From: Candidatus Heimdallarchaeota archaeon
GTDB taxonomy: Archaea > Asgardarchaeota > Heimdallarchaeia > Hodarchaeales > Hodarchaeaceae
Reading direction: 5' to 3'
Length of the DNA stretch: 64,000 nucleotides
Assembly: GCA_048881705.1 (NCBI GenBank)
Contig: JBHLSH010000001.1
Span: forward strand, 96,001-160,000
Under the pieces are notes generated by a model. It did not search any database. It saw only the letters and a list, made by a program, of their open reading frames with translations, and was not told where the DNA came from. Of the stretch, positions 37,716 to 47,975 are shown one piece after another. The stretch's first letter is position 1. The number at the start of each line of letters is the position of its first letter. Both the position numbers and the translations under genes were made by a program.

Positions 37716-38864
37716 TTACGTCTTTGAAGTAAGGAATTTTTGGAGTTCCTTGGCATCATGGAAAACATAACTGTCATCAATCTCTTCTCGTATACGTTGA
37801 AGAGTCTGTTTGACGGGCTTTTTCAGCTTTGGAGGAATTTTTACCTTGAGTCCAACATAAAAATCTCCTCTTTGAGAGCTATTTGGTATGGGAGCTCCTT
37901 TCTTCCTTATCGTGATGATCTCCCCACTCTCAGTCCCAGGGGCTACTGTGATTCTTTCTGTTCCGTTAATAGAGGGAACAGTGAGCTTTACGCCTAGGAT
38001 GGCATCAATAAAACTTATAGGGTACTCAAGTAGGATATCTGCCCCGCTACGCTTGAAAAAAGGATGAGGATCTACGGATATAACCAAGAGCAGATCACCA
38101 CGAGGACCCCCTAATTCACCAGGCCGGCCTTCGCCACGCATAATCACTCGCATTCCAGAGTCCACGCCAGCGGGAATATTGGCCTCAACCGTTCTAAATT
38201 GTTTAACCTTGCCAACACCATCGCATGTTTCACATTCGGCACCACGAGGAATTGTTTGACCTTCTCCTCGGCAACGGGGGCATGTTGAAATATTTACAAT
38301 TTGGCCAAAGGCAGACCGCTGAACTTGACGGATTTCCCCGGTTCCTTGGCAGGTAGAACAAGTGGACGATGATTTACCGGGTTTTACTTTCATTCCGTGG
38401 CAAGTCGGACATTGTGCCCAATTGGGTACCTTTATTTTCTTGGTTAGTCCATTCATTGCTTCTTCAAACGAGATTTCTAGATTAAGATGGACATCAGCCC
38501 CACGTTGAGGTCGTGGTCGGGAAGTTCGTGCTCGAGTCCCTCCTCCAAAGCCGCCAAAGAGATCCTCAAAGATACCAAAACCTCGGAATAAATCCTCAAA
38601 GCCCATACCTGAAAAATCGGTGAAAGGTGTACCAGAAATTCCCGCGTGACCGTATCGGTCGTATCGAGCTCGATTTTCACTGTCAGAGAGTACTTCGAAG
38701 GCCTCTGCGGCTTCCTTGAATTTGTTTTCAGCGTCAGGGTCATCAGGTTTCATGTCAGGGTGATATTTTCTCGCTAGCTTACGAAATGCCTTCTTAATTG
38801 TCTTGAGATCCGCATCCCTGGGAACTCCCAAGACTTCATAGTAATCCCGCTTGTTTTCGCTCAT
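37716..38864 (-). CDS. dnaJ: Chaperone DnaJ
   Basis: J domain with HPD, G/F region, four CxxCxGx repeats, C-terminal domains. Confidence 0.98.
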   Translation of the reverse strand: MSENKRDYYEVLGVPRDADLKTIKKAFRKLARKYHPDMKPDDPDAENKFKEAAEAFEVLSDSENRARYDRYGHAGISGTPFTDFSGMGFEDLFRGFGIFEDLFGGFGGGTRARTSRPRPQRGADVHLNLEISFEEAMNGLTKKIKVPNWAQCPTCHGMKVKPGKSSSTCSTCQGTGEIRQVQRSAFGQIVNISTCPRCRGEGQTIPRGAECETCDGVGKVKQFRTVEANIPAGVDSGMRVIMRGEGRPGELGGPRGDLLLVISVDPHPFFKRSGADILLEYPISFIDAILGVKLTVPSINGTERITVAPGTESGEIITIRKKGAPIPNSSQRGDFYVGLKVKIPPKLKKPVKQTLQRIREEIDDSYVFHDAKELQKFLTSKT

Positions 38865-38931
38865 CTATGTCACTTTGATGATATTATAAACCTTTGTGGA
38901 AACAGGGAAGATATATGCCCGCCTACTAGGG

Positions 38932-40797
38932 TTATTTTTTATCCTCATCCACAATTTCGTAATCGACATCTACTACTTCAGATTCATCAGCGCCTGCAGG
39001 TGCTCCCTGAAATCCTGAGCCAGGTGCTCCTTGGAAATCTGCTCCAGCAGCTCCTTGTGCTTGGGCTTGTTGAGCATACATCTGCTGTGCCAATTGATGA
39101 GTTACCTTTTCAAGTTCTTCTACATTCTGTTTAATAGCAGCAACATTTTGTCCCTGTAGAGCCGTTTTTGTTGCCTCAATTTGCTTCTCGGCCTGGGTAC
39201 GCAAACCACTGTCAACAGCATCTCCTAGATCCTTGAGCAGCTTCTCAGTCTGATAAACCAGCGAATCGGCCTTATTTCGAGTTTCAGCTGCTTGGAGTCG
39301 CTCTGTATCTTCGGTCTCGTATTTCGCTGCCTCATCTACCATCCGTTGGAGGTCAGCTGCGCTAAGCCCACTATCGCTTTTAATTGTGACTTTCTGTTCA
39401 TTTCCTGTTCCCAGATCTTTCGCTGATACATGGGCAATTCCATTGGCATCCATATCAAAGGTCACTTCAATTTGAGGGATACCCCTAAGAGCAGGTGGGA
39501 TCCCTACAAGTTGAAATCTCCCCAAAGTAATATTATCCCCAGCCATCTTTCGTTCTCCCTGCAGCACGTGAATTTCTACGCTGGGTTGGTTATCAGCTGC
39601 AGTAGAAAAGATTTGACTCTTTTTTGTGGGAATTGTGGTGTTTCTGTCAATTAGTCTGGTGAAAACTCCACCCAAGGTTTCTATTCCAAGCGATAAAGGA
39701 GTAACATCAAGAAGCAAAACACCTTCGACGTCACCAAGCAAAATTGCCGCTTGAACTGCGGCTCCCAGGGCAACGCATTCATCTGGATTGATTTCTTTAG
39801 TAGGCTCTTTTCGGAAGTACGAACGTATAGCAGATTGGACGGCAGGAACACGGGTAGATCCGCCCACAAGCAGTATCTTGTCAATTTCAGAGGGTTGCAG
39901 CTTCGCATCTGAAAGCGCCTGCCGTGTTGGGCCCATTGCTGCTTCTATTAGATCTGCAATCATGATCTCAAATTTCGCTCGCGTGAGAGTGAGATTTAGA
40001 TGCTTTGGGCCCGAACTATCCGCATAAATATAAGGTAAATTGATTTCCGCACTTGTTTTCTGAGACAATTCGATTTTGGCCTGCTCTGATGCATCTTTTA
40101 AGCGCTGCATAGCCATGGGATCCTTGGATAAATCGAGTCCCGAATCTTTCCGGAATTCTTCCACAATCCAATCCATAATCCGTTGGTCCATATCATCCCC
40201 TCCTAATCGATTGTTACCTGAGGTAGCTTTAACCTCGAAAACTCCTTCAGAAAGTTCGAGAATCGAGACATCAAAGGTTCCTCCTCCTAGATCGAAAACG
40301 AGGATAGTTTGTTCCTCTTCTTTATCTAGACCGTACGCCAATGAAGCGCTGGTCGGTTCATTAATAATCCGCATCACATCCAGTCCGGCAATTCGACCTG
40401 CATCCTTAGTTGCCTGCCGTTGGGAATCGGAGAAGTATGCCGGGACTGTAATTACCGCTTTTTGGATTGTTTCCCCTAGATATGCTTCGGCATCGCGCTT
40501 AAGTTTTTGAAGAATCATAGCACTAATTTCAGGGGGCTTATAGGTTTTTCCGTCAATATCTATCGTAAAATTGGTTCCCATTTCACGTTTAATTGATCGT
40601 ATTGTTCGTTCGGGTTTTGAAATAGCCTGACGTTTAGCCAATACCCCAACAACGCGTTCACCATCTTTAGAAATGGTCACTACGCTTGGAGTTGTTCTTT
40701 GTCCTTCTGCGTTAGGAATAATAACAGGTTTTCCGCCTTCCATTGTAGCAATGGCGGAGAATGTTGTCCCTAGATCTATACCGATAGGTCGTGTCAC
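38932..40797 (-). CDS. dnaK: Chaperone DnaK (Hsp70), short Gram-positive/archaeal type
   Basis: [29 protein letters not shown] and [13 protein letters not shown] motifs. Confidence 0.99.
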   Translation of the reverse strand: MTRPIGIDLGTTFSAIATMEGGKPVIIPNAEGQRTTPSVVTISKDGERVVGVLAKRQAISKPERTIRSIKREMGTNFTIDIDGKTYKPPEISAMILQKLKRDAEAYLGETIQKAVITVPAYFSDSQRQATKDAGRIAGLDVMRIINEPTSASLAYGLDKEEEQTILVFDLGGGTFDVSILELSEGVFEVKATSGNNRLGGDDMDQRIMDWIVEEFRKDSGLDLSKDPMAMQRLKDASEQAKIELSQKTSAEINLPYIYADSSGPKHLNLTLTRAKFEIMIADLIEAAMGPTRQALSDAKLQPSEIDKILLVGGSTRVPAVQSAIRSYFRKEPTKEINPDECVALGAAVQAAILLGDVEGVLLLDVTPLSLGIETLGGVFTRLIDRNTTIPTKKSQIFSTAADNQPSVEIHVLQGERKMAGDNITLGRFQLVGIPPALRGIPQIEVTFDMDANGIAHVSAKDLGTGNEQKVTIKSDSGLSAADLQRMVDEAAKYETEDTERLQAAETRNKADSLVYQTEKLLKDLGDAVDSGLRTQAEKQIEATKTALQGQNVAAIKQNVEELEKVTHQLAQQMYAQQAQAQGAAGADFQGAPGSGFQGAPAGADESEVVDVDYEIVDEDKK

Positions 40798-40815
40798 TTA
40801 AAGTTCACCTTCTCA

Positions 40816-41436
40816 TTATGGTTCTTGGTTTTGTTTTGCAATAATAACTTTAGCAGGCCGTAGTAGCGAAGAGTTTATCAGATATCCAGTTTCTATTTCC
40901 TCTAAAATGGTGTCTTCCTCTTCGGAAGAGGAACGTACCGAAACAACTTCATGGAGATTAGGATCGAACTTCTCACCAAGGGCCTGGATCGGTTTAACAC
41001 CCTCATTCTTCAGAAAACTCTGGAATTGCTTATGAATCGCTTGAAAACCAGTTAAGATTTCATCAGGATCTAGCTGATCTTTAACCCAACTCGTTTCAGC
41101 TTTTTGAAAGCTATGGGCAATACTTAGCAGCTTCAACAGCAATTTTTCGTTGGCCTGCTTCAGAAGTCGAGCCTGCTCGGCCTGAGAGCGTTTCCTCAGA
41201 TTCTCGTAGTCAGCAAGCGCTCGAAGATAACGTCGATGAAGCTTGTTGTACTCATCATCTTTCTCTTCCAGCTTTTCATAGAGCCCTTTAATCTCAGCTA
41301 AGAGCGGTTCGCTAGGACGCTCTGCGCTTTCTGGCGTCTTCTGGTTTGACATCGTTTCAGCTTGTTCAATCTGTTCGTCAATGTCCAAATATTCGCTTTC
41401 ACTGTCATCGGGAGTCTTGGTTTTTTTCTCGACCAT
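40816..41436 (-). CDS. grpE: Nucleotide exchange factor GrpE
   Basis: YLRALADYENLRKR, GEKFDPNLHEVV and GYLINSSLLRPAKV. ATG at 41436 follows a GGTGA Shine-Dalgarno. Confidence 0.96.
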   Translation of the reverse strand: MVEKKTKTPDDSESEYLDIDEQIEQAETMSNQKTPESAERPSEPLLAEIKGLYEKLEEKDDEYNKLHRRYLRALADYENLRKRSQAEQARLLKQANEKLLLKLLSIAHSFQKAETSWVKDQLDPDEILTGFQAIHKQFQSFLKNEGVKPIQALGEKFDPNLHEVVSVRSSSEEEDTILEEIETGYLINSSLLRPAKVIIAKQNQEP

Positions 41437-41446
41437 TGTTATCAAT

Positions 41447-42172
41447 TCACCCTTTTTTATTGTTTATGGCGGTTTCAAGCTTATTAAGAAGAATAAGACC
41501 TTTTTTAGGGAGAAGATCCTTCTCCTGAAGTCGACGTAGTGAAATAAGGAGATCCTCTCGTTTAGATTTAACCTCTTTCTGAACTAGCTCAAGAGTAATT
41601 GGGTCACTCCGAGAGAAAATCGTGTATGCCAATTCTCGGTCTTTTCGATGTGCATCCCCTTCTAATTTCATGGATATTGTTTCGTTTAGATCTCCTGTTA
41701 TCGAGAGTTTTCTACTCAGAAGAAAATTCTCAATCTCCTGAGCCTGATTTAGAGCGGCATCTAGCGTCTGAATTTGCTGATCGAAATCGGAATTCTGCGT
41801 TTCAAGAGCCTCCTCTAGACTCAATGTAAGATCTCGACTCAGAGATTCAGCATGGCTCTTCATCGGCTGGTGTCCTAGTGTAATATCCAAAACATCAAAT
41901 TTGAACGCATGACGGGTTAAAGTAATTCGCACAGCTATATTCTTAGCGATCCTATAGAGTTTCCTAGCGGGACCATGTGGTCCCTCAACCGTCTCGCATT
42001 CTAGCCACTCATGATCCAATAGAAGATGAAGATGCTTTTGTAACGTCTGATTTGATCTATTGAGCTCTTGAGCTAGCTGAAAGAGATATTTAGGTTCTTG
42101 TGTAACCGAACGTAGAATGTCTCGCCGAGTTTTATTCCCAACCAGCCAGAAAAAGTCTTCTTCATCCATCAA
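41447..42172 (-). CDS. ArsR-family HTH regulator heading the grpE-dnaK-dnaJ operon (COG1777 / heat-shock-regulator-like)
   Basis: LVGNKTRRDILR...QLAQELNRSNQTLQKHL...GPARKLYRI, followed by a coiled coil. Confidence 0.85.
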   Translation of the reverse strand: MMDEEDFFWLVGNKTRRDILRSVTQEPKYLFQLAQELNRSNQTLQKHLHLLLDHEWLECETVEGPHGPARKLYRIAKNIAVRITLTRHAFKFDVLDITLGHQPMKSHAESLSRDLTLSLEEALETQNSDFDQQIQTLDAALNQAQEIENFLLSRKLSITGDLNETISMKLEGDAHRKDRELAYTIFSRSDPITLELVQKEVKSKREDLLISLRRLQEKDLLPKKGLILLNKLETAINNKKG

Positions 42173-42335
42173 ACCGACACCAGTCGTCGTAAAAGTCTTT
42201 TTATCTCGAGTAATCGCTCATTTGCTATTCAGTTATATATTGCACTAGTATAAAGTCGTATTGACTAGATTATCTCGATCCTAGTTAGTCTCAAAACCTA
42301 GAGAAATCTCCCGAACCAGCCCAAAAATAAATATG

Positions 42336-43295
42336 TTACTCCTCTTCATCATCTGAGAGAGATAAATCAAGAAAATCAGGGGTTTGAGTCATCATGATTC
42401 TCATTTCTTCAATTGAAAGGGTTTTCTTCTTCTTCTGACTCAATCGTTCCTTTATTTTTTCACTTTGTTCCTCCAGCATTTCCGCGGTTGCCCGATCACG
42501 TTCTAGCTGAACCTGTTCACGTTGAATACGGCGCTGTTCTTTGAAAATGCTGGATTTTTCTCTCAATATCTTGTTAATATTTCTAAATTCCTCACGTAAT
42601 TCGCGCAGTTCTTCTGTGCGGTCTAAAAACTCCTTGTGTTGACGATCGGCCTCGTCTTTAGCGCGTTTCCCCGAATCGTACAATTCTGTAAGCTGCTGAT
42701 GCGTCTTTTGGCTTTTCTCAACGAGTTCCTGAAAATCCCGCCAGCTATGATCTAGAAATCCACGAAGGTTATTTATCTCGCGATTGAGTTCTTTTCTAGC
42801 TTTTAGTTTCTCGGTCGAAACGGAAATATCCCCCAGTTGATCCATTAACTTGTTGACCTCCTCGGTCAACTGCCTCTCTTCTGCAATTCCCATTCCCGGG
42901 GTTGTTTGTATTCGCCAATCCAAATTATCTATTCTTTTACGGATACTGTGAGAGTGCCTAATATCTCTTTCCGAAATTTCCATAGATTGAATTTCTTCCT
43001 GAATCAGCTTTACGTTTCCAATTAAAGATCGCATTTCTTCTAAGACACTACGTCTGACGGCTTTGAGCTCTTGAATGGCACGATTGTTTTTGTCACGCAA
43101 GGTTTTAAGTTCTTTAACTTGGCCAAAGTTTTCAGAGGCAACCTGATTTAACTCATCTCTCGCCGCTCGATTTTGATTTCGCTCCCGCTCCAATTTACGA
43201 AGTTGATCAAGTAGTGTGGATTTTCGGTTACGAAGTTGCATGATTTCGGCCTTTAAATCACGAAGATCTTGAACTTCAAACGCTTTAGCCATCAT
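42336..43295 (-). CDS. Archaeal coiled-coil protein (COG1340-like)
   Basis: Long heptads, LDWRIQTT...EERQLTEEV, KDEADRQHKEF, C-terminal KKKTLSIEE. Confidence 0.85.
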   Translation of the reverse strand: MMAKAFEVQDLRDLKAEIMQLRNRKSTLLDQLRKLERERNQNRAARDELNQVASENFGQVKELKTLRDKNNRAIQELKAVRRSVLEEMRSLIGNVKLIQEEIQSMEISERDIRHSHSIRKRIDNLDWRIQTTPGMGIAEERQLTEEVNKLMDQLGDISVSTEKLKARKELNREINNLRGFLDHSWRDFQELVEKSQKTHQQLTELYDSGKRAKDEADRQHKEFLDRTEELRELREEFRNINKILREKSSIFKEQRRIQREQVQLERDRATAEMLEEQSEKIKERLSQKKKKTLSIEEMRIMMTQTPDFLDLSLSDDEEE

Positions 43296-43539
43296 GGTTC
43301 GCTCGGTGTTGAATTCTTTAATCTAGCTTAAGTGACGAGTTCTTGAAGCTATCATGCCTTGGAATCATGAGTAGAGATTCCCCATAAATAACGAAGATAC
43401 GGAAAAGAGCCCCGAATTTAAATTTTTTTTTTGGATATGAGAATCTTGAAAAACAATGTTCTTGAGAGCAGGATGAAGCCTCCATTTATAGAGGAGATGA
43501 ACTGAAATCAAAGAATACATCGAAACTCACGGAAATCAG

Positions 43540-44286
43540 TTGGATCGAGCGGTCATTTTTGATTTCGATGGTACACTTGTGGATACTATGGGCAGTTTCT
43601 ATGATATGGTAATTACTAATCTGAACCAACACGGGATAATAGTTTCAGAATCAACTATAAACCGACTAGGTACAGATTTGATCGCTGAATTTCACTCTAG
43701 ATCGCAATCAAACGGAGCTGCACTAATTCTCAGGTTATTCTGGAATATTGGCCGAAAGGCAGGTTTATCACGATATCGATCTTTTCGATTTGCCATGAAA
43801 TGCGCAATGCAATCGAGAGATGTTTATAAATCTGCTCCATTGTTTTCTGATGTACGATCAACACTAAAAAGACTTCAAGACGAGGGAGGATTCAAATTAG
43901 GCATTTACACACTCGCCCCACGTAAAATCCTCCTTAATACACTGGAAACACATGATTTAATACAATATTTTTCGAGGGAGGGGATCGTATCCCGTGATGA
44001 TGTGCAAAATTTGAAACCTGACCCCGAGGGGGTTTTTCTTGCTCTTGAAGGATGTTCTGTTCCGGCTTCTTATTCTGTACTGATTGGAGACATGCCAGCA
44101 GATATCCTGGCAGGAGCAGCAGCAGGATTAACCACTATTGGGCTTACAACTGGTTTGATTTCGCGGGAAATATTCCAGCAATTTTCTCATCCAACAAAGA
44201 TTTTTGATTCCCTGGAACAAGCATCTCAATGGATACTAGAATCGTATCTGAAAGGAAATGGAGAATCTGATGATCAACACGCCTGA
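43540..44286 (+). CDS. HAD-superfamily phosphatase (phosphoglycolate phosphatase-like)
   Basis: AVIFDFDGTLVD, KPDPEG and IGDMPADILAG motifs. Confidence 0.93.
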   Translation: MDRAVIFDFDGTLVDTMGSFYDMVITNLNQHGIIVSESTINRLGTDLIAEFHSRSQSNGAALILRLFWNIGRKAGLSRYRSFRFAMKCAMQSRDVYKSAPLFSDVRSTLKRLQDEGGFKLGIYTLAPRKILLNTLETHDLIQYFSREGIVSRDDVQNLKPDPEGVFLALEGCSVPASYSVLIGDMPADILAGAAAGLTTIGLTTGLISREIFQQFSHPTKIFDSLEQASQWILESYLKGNGESDDQHA

Positions 44287-44432
44287 AAAAGAATGTGGAG
44301 AACGTAAATGTACAAAATCCTCATATGGCTATCCGATAAGTAATGGGATATTTCCTCACATTTCTGTCCGTTTTGATAGGATAAATGGCCTTTTTTTCGT
44401 GATTATTAAGACTAGCTTCGCGGTAATCGATT

Positions 44433-45074
44433 TTAGTTTGTCTTCCTCACTTCTTTCCTGATATCCGGCAGGTTTTTTAGTTCCTCCAGCCCCCGATTTA
44501 GCTCCCCTTCCAATTCCTTAATCTTTTTTTGTAGAAAGTCAATGGTGGTCTGGTTATCCTTCTGTGCCAATTCGTCTCCGCATGAGGCGCATATGAACCC
44601 CATTTCAAAGGCATCTGAAAATGTTACGGGGGAATGTCCCTCCTGGCAAGCATAAAGGAGATTTCTCTGTTCATAATCTAAACGTTGTCGTAATTTCTTT
44701 AGACTAAGTTTTCGGCGGCTTATAATCAGATCTCGTATTCGCTCCCAGATAGGAGACCAATAGTATACAAAATAGCCGGTTTCCTTATCGCGCACGCGCC
44801 TATAACGAGCCAAAGACCTTTCATTCAATTTGTACAACGATTTTCTTACTTCCTTTAGGGCGATACGAGAACTCTCATTTATGGCATCATCGGGTTGGGA
44901 TGAAGGAACTTCCGATTTTTCTTCGATCTCTTCATTGAGAAGGTTTACGATTTGTTCGTCAATAATTTCCTTCTGGTTTAGCAGGATATTAAGAACACTC
45001 ACAGTCACGGGATCTGTGAGTTTTAGCATTATGTCGTTTAACTGCGAAAAACGCATAAATATGACCCGTGTCAC
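44433..45074 (-). CDS. tfe: Transcription factor E (TFE alpha)
   Basis: EVRKSLYKLNERSLARYRRVRDKETGYFVYYW; zinc finger YACQEGH...FSDAFEMGFICASCG. Confidence 0.95.
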   Translation of the reverse strand: MTRVIFMRFSQLNDIMLKLTDPVTVSVLNILLNQKEIIDEQIVNLLNEEIEEKSEVPSSQPDDAINESSRIALKEVRKSLYKLNERSLARYRRVRDKETGYFVYYWSPIWERIRDLIISRRKLSLKKLRQRLDYEQRNLLYACQEGHSPVTFSDAFEMGFICASCGDELAQKDNQTTIDFLQKKIKELEGELNRGLEELKNLPDIRKEVRKTN

Positions 45075-45196
45075 TTTTTTGGAAGGAAGAAAAATAAATT
45101 TTTCCAGATCCTTCTAGTTAATTCTGGTTGGCTTTTGCACCCACACAAAAAGTAACGAAAAACAGAAGAAACAGGGAGTCGTTTCAAAGGCGCTTA

Positions 45197-45676
45197 CTAG
45201 AAGTTTTCCAACTCTTTTAACGCCGCCATTATGGATTGAGATTCCGGCTTCTTAATCTTTACTGCTGGTTCCGTTAATTTTCCCATCAACATGGCCAAGG
45301 CCTCTGATGTTTCCTTCATACGAACGCGTACCAGGCCTAGCTGGGCATCAGGCTCGGCTACCACGACGAGAATCCCCCTATCCCCTGATTGAGCGGTCAA
45401 TATTTTACCATCAGTGAATTCAGCAAGCATGACGGACAGATTTCCTAGTGCCAGCGCACTACCTTGTTCTGCTGCACCACAGAAGACTGCTGAAGCAATT
45501 GCACCAATGCTCTCTAGATCAAATGCTCCCATTGTTTCGGAAACGAGCAAACGTGATGCACGCGCAATAGTAAGACCTGTACGATCCCCGAGTAACGTCA
45601 CCTTGATAGATGTGTCACTTTTAAGTAGCCGGGACAGTTCTGCGTTGATTTCATTCTTCTGCAAAACAGGATTCAC
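45197..45676 (-). CDS. Roadblock/LC7 (MglB-like) protein
   Basis: TLLGDRTGLTIA...IGAIASAVFCGAAEQG...MLAEFTDGKIL...AQLGLVRVRM. Confidence 0.9.
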   Translation of the reverse strand: MNPVLQKNEINAELSRLLKSDTSIKVTLLGDRTGLTIARASRLLVSETMGAFDLESIGAIASAVFCGAAEQGSALALGNLSVMLAEFTDGKILTAQSGDRGILVVVAEPDAQLGLVRVRMKETSEALAMLMGKLTEPAVKIKKPESQSIMAALKELENF

Positions 45677-45773
45677 CCTTTAATCTCAATTAATCTCATT
45701 TAGGCCAGTGCCCTTTAAATTCTTTTGCCTATTGATTTAAGGATGCACAGAAATCGGGAACCAAAGTTGGATT

Positions 45774-46493
45774 CTAGAGTACAACAATGACAATTACAAG
45801 GGCAATTACTGACCCCGCCAACAGAGCCAATAATGTACGGTTCTGGGTCAGTTTTCTCGAAATTTTCCCTAATGTTGATTGAACTTTCTGCAATTTAGAA
45901 TTTACTTCGTTAATTTTTGTATCGATTTTATCGATTTTAACTCCCTGTTCATCCAAACGCCGAGCTAGGGTACCTAGATTCTGGGATATTTGGGTTATCT
46001 GTTCATTCATCCTATCCATAGAAGTTAAAAAGGAATTTTCAAGCATTTGGAGGCGTTCTTCTAGAGTTCCCACATTTTTAGAGGAAATTGCTTCTCCTGG
46101 ATATGCAATTTCATAAATCCGGGTACCAACACCCGTTTGTTCTTGGGGGCTCGCTCTTAAATCCATAGTTTCGATTGATTCGCTGATTTCTCCCAACGTT
46201 CCACGAAGTAGCTGCATTTTTCGTTTTGTTTCATCAATTTCCCTAATCTTTTCATTTTGTTTTTTGATATCTCCTGGTTGAAGAAAACGAGGCATAGATG
46301 CAAGTAATTTGGATGTCAATGAGCGTTTCTGGACCACTTGTTCTGACATTCCTCCCGAAAGATCAGCAGCCATTCCTTCCATCGATTCTAAGACAGAGTC
46401 TAAGTCATGAATGAAATTTACGAGAAGTTCTTTCTCGGTAGGTTCATCAGGTTTTTTAAACCATTTACTCAAACGTTTTGTAAAGACCGACAC
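45774..46493 (-). CDS. Tail-anchored Q-SNARE-like protein
   Basis: Helical N-domain; heptad res 159-211 with hydrophobic residues at all 15 outer layers around Q183 (RLDEQGVKIDKI); basic linker; terminal TM LLALLAGSVIALVIVIVVL. Confidence 0.8.
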   Translation of the reverse strand: MSVFTKRLSKWFKKPDEPTEKELLVNFIHDLDSVLESMEGMAADLSGGMSEQVVQKRSLTSKLLASMPRFLQPGDIKKQNEKIREIDETKRKMQLLRGTLGEISESIETMDLRASPQEQTGVGTRIYEIAYPGEAISSKNVGTLEERLQMLENSFLTSMDRMNEQITQISQNLGTLARRLDEQGVKIDKIDTKINEVNSKLQKVQSTLGKISRKLTQNRTLLALLAGSVIALVIVIVVL

Positions 46494-46671
46494 GTTTTTT
46501 TCGCCTGTTAAAGGTATACTCGGTAATGATTAGTTATAAATTGAGTTTACGCAGAATGTTATCCGCTCAATCTATTTATCGCTTTATAAGAATAACTCAA
46601 AACGATATGAGACGGGAAATTTGGTATTACCAAGCAAAAGGGCCGTCTAGTAAATATGAACGAATGGTGTT

Positions 46672-47946
46672 TTAGTAAATCAGGTTGCCGTTTTCAACCA
46701 CTAAACAGCCGTCCTTGAATACTTTCTCAGCTAGATTGATCCCATAATTGTAAGAAAAAAATTTGTGATTAGGAGCATTAAAAATCACAATATCCGCTCT
46801 TTTTCCCTCCTCAAGGCTTCCTATGTCATGAGCTCGATCGATAGAATGCGCTGCATTGATAGTTGCAGCGGTGAGCGCTTCGGCTGTTGTCATTTTCATT
46901 CGAAGAACACCAAGAGTCATCATCATCTGCATAGACTCGCACATATTTGCTGCACTTACATCGGTAGCTAAAGCGACAGGTAATCCCTTATCAATTATGG
47001 CACGGGCATCCGCGTAAGTCCCTACATAGCAGAATGGAGAAGTTGGTAAGAAGATGATAATAGTACCTTGATCCTTAAGAGCTTCCACTTCGTCCATTGG
47101 GGTGAATATCAGATGATCTACGGAGGTTACATCTCCTAAATCGGCAGCCAACTTAGCTCCCCCACTATGAGCCAACCAATCGCAGTGATTTCTTAATTTC
47201 AATCCGTATTTTCTACCCGTTTCCAAAATCCGACGGCTTTGTTCAAGGTTGTAGTAGCCTCTTTCGCAAAATACGTCTATATATTCGGCTAGTTTTCGTT
47301 TGGAGATCTCAGGGATCCATTTTTCGACAATTTCATCGACCAAGTCGTCCACCCGCTCTTCAAATTCTGGTGGTATCCCCTGTGCCAGAAAAGTTGGAAC
47401 GAGGTCAAGAGGATGGAGTTTATTCAGAGTGTTAATTATTTCCAGCTGTTTAATCTCCCCTTCGAAAGTCATTTCATATCCGCTTTTCGCTTCAATAGTG
47501 GTTGTTCCATGAATAAGCATCTTGTCTAGTATTTTGGAGGTTATTCCAATCTGTGTTTTAAAACTGGTCGCTGCAGTTTCTTTTAACGATTTATTCATAC
47601 CTCCGCCTTGAGCTTTAATCTCCAGATATGGAACACCTAATACAGCCATTTTTTCAAGTTCATCTTCTCTGGTACCAGCAAATACCAGATGGACATGAGG
47701 ATCGATTAATCCTGGAGTCACAAGTTTTCCTGCGGCATCTACAACTTCAAATCCTTTATTAAGATGATTTAAAACATCCTGCGTCTTTCCGACAGCAATT
47801 ATCCTCCCGTTTCTTACCGCTACGGCACCATCACGAATGATTCCCAATTCTCTCATTTTTGTTTTAACTCGAGGATCCTCACTTGACCCGTTAAGCGTTA
47901 CCAGTTCATTCGCATTAATAATAACGAAATCTGCTTCTAAAACCAT
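46672..47946 (-). CDS. hutI: Imidazolonepropionase
   Basis: TPGLIDPHVHLVFAGTREDE, GTTTIEAKSGY, DVFCE and ALATD motifs. ATG at 47946 chosen. Confidence 0.95.
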   Translation of the reverse strand: MVLEADFVIINANELVTLNGSSEDPRVKTKMRELGIIRDGAVAVRNGRIIAVGKTQDVLNHLNKGFEVVDAAGKLVTPGLIDPHVHLVFAGTREDELEKMAVLGVPYLEIKAQGGGMNKSLKETAATSFKTQIGITSKILDKMLIHGTTTIEAKSGYEMTFEGEIKQLEIINTLNKLHPLDLVPTFLAQGIPPEFEERVDDLVDEIVEKWIPEISKRKLAEYIDVFCERGYYNLEQSRRILETGRKYGLKLRNHCDWLAHSGGAKLAADLGDVTSVDHLIFTPMDEVEALKDQGTIIIFLPTSPFCYVGTYADARAIIDKGLPVALATDVSAANMCESMQMMMTLGVLRMKMTTAEALTAATINAAHSIDRAHDIGSLEEGKRADIVIFNAPNHKFFSYNYGINLAEKVFKDGCLVVENGNLIY

Positions 47947-47975
47947 TTTTACCACCCGTATTTCTATTGATGATC

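Noticed and set aside
38960-39070. Short GFQGAP-type repeat in the DnaK tail
   Set aside because: Ordinary low-complexity G/A/Q-rich DnaK C-terminus.
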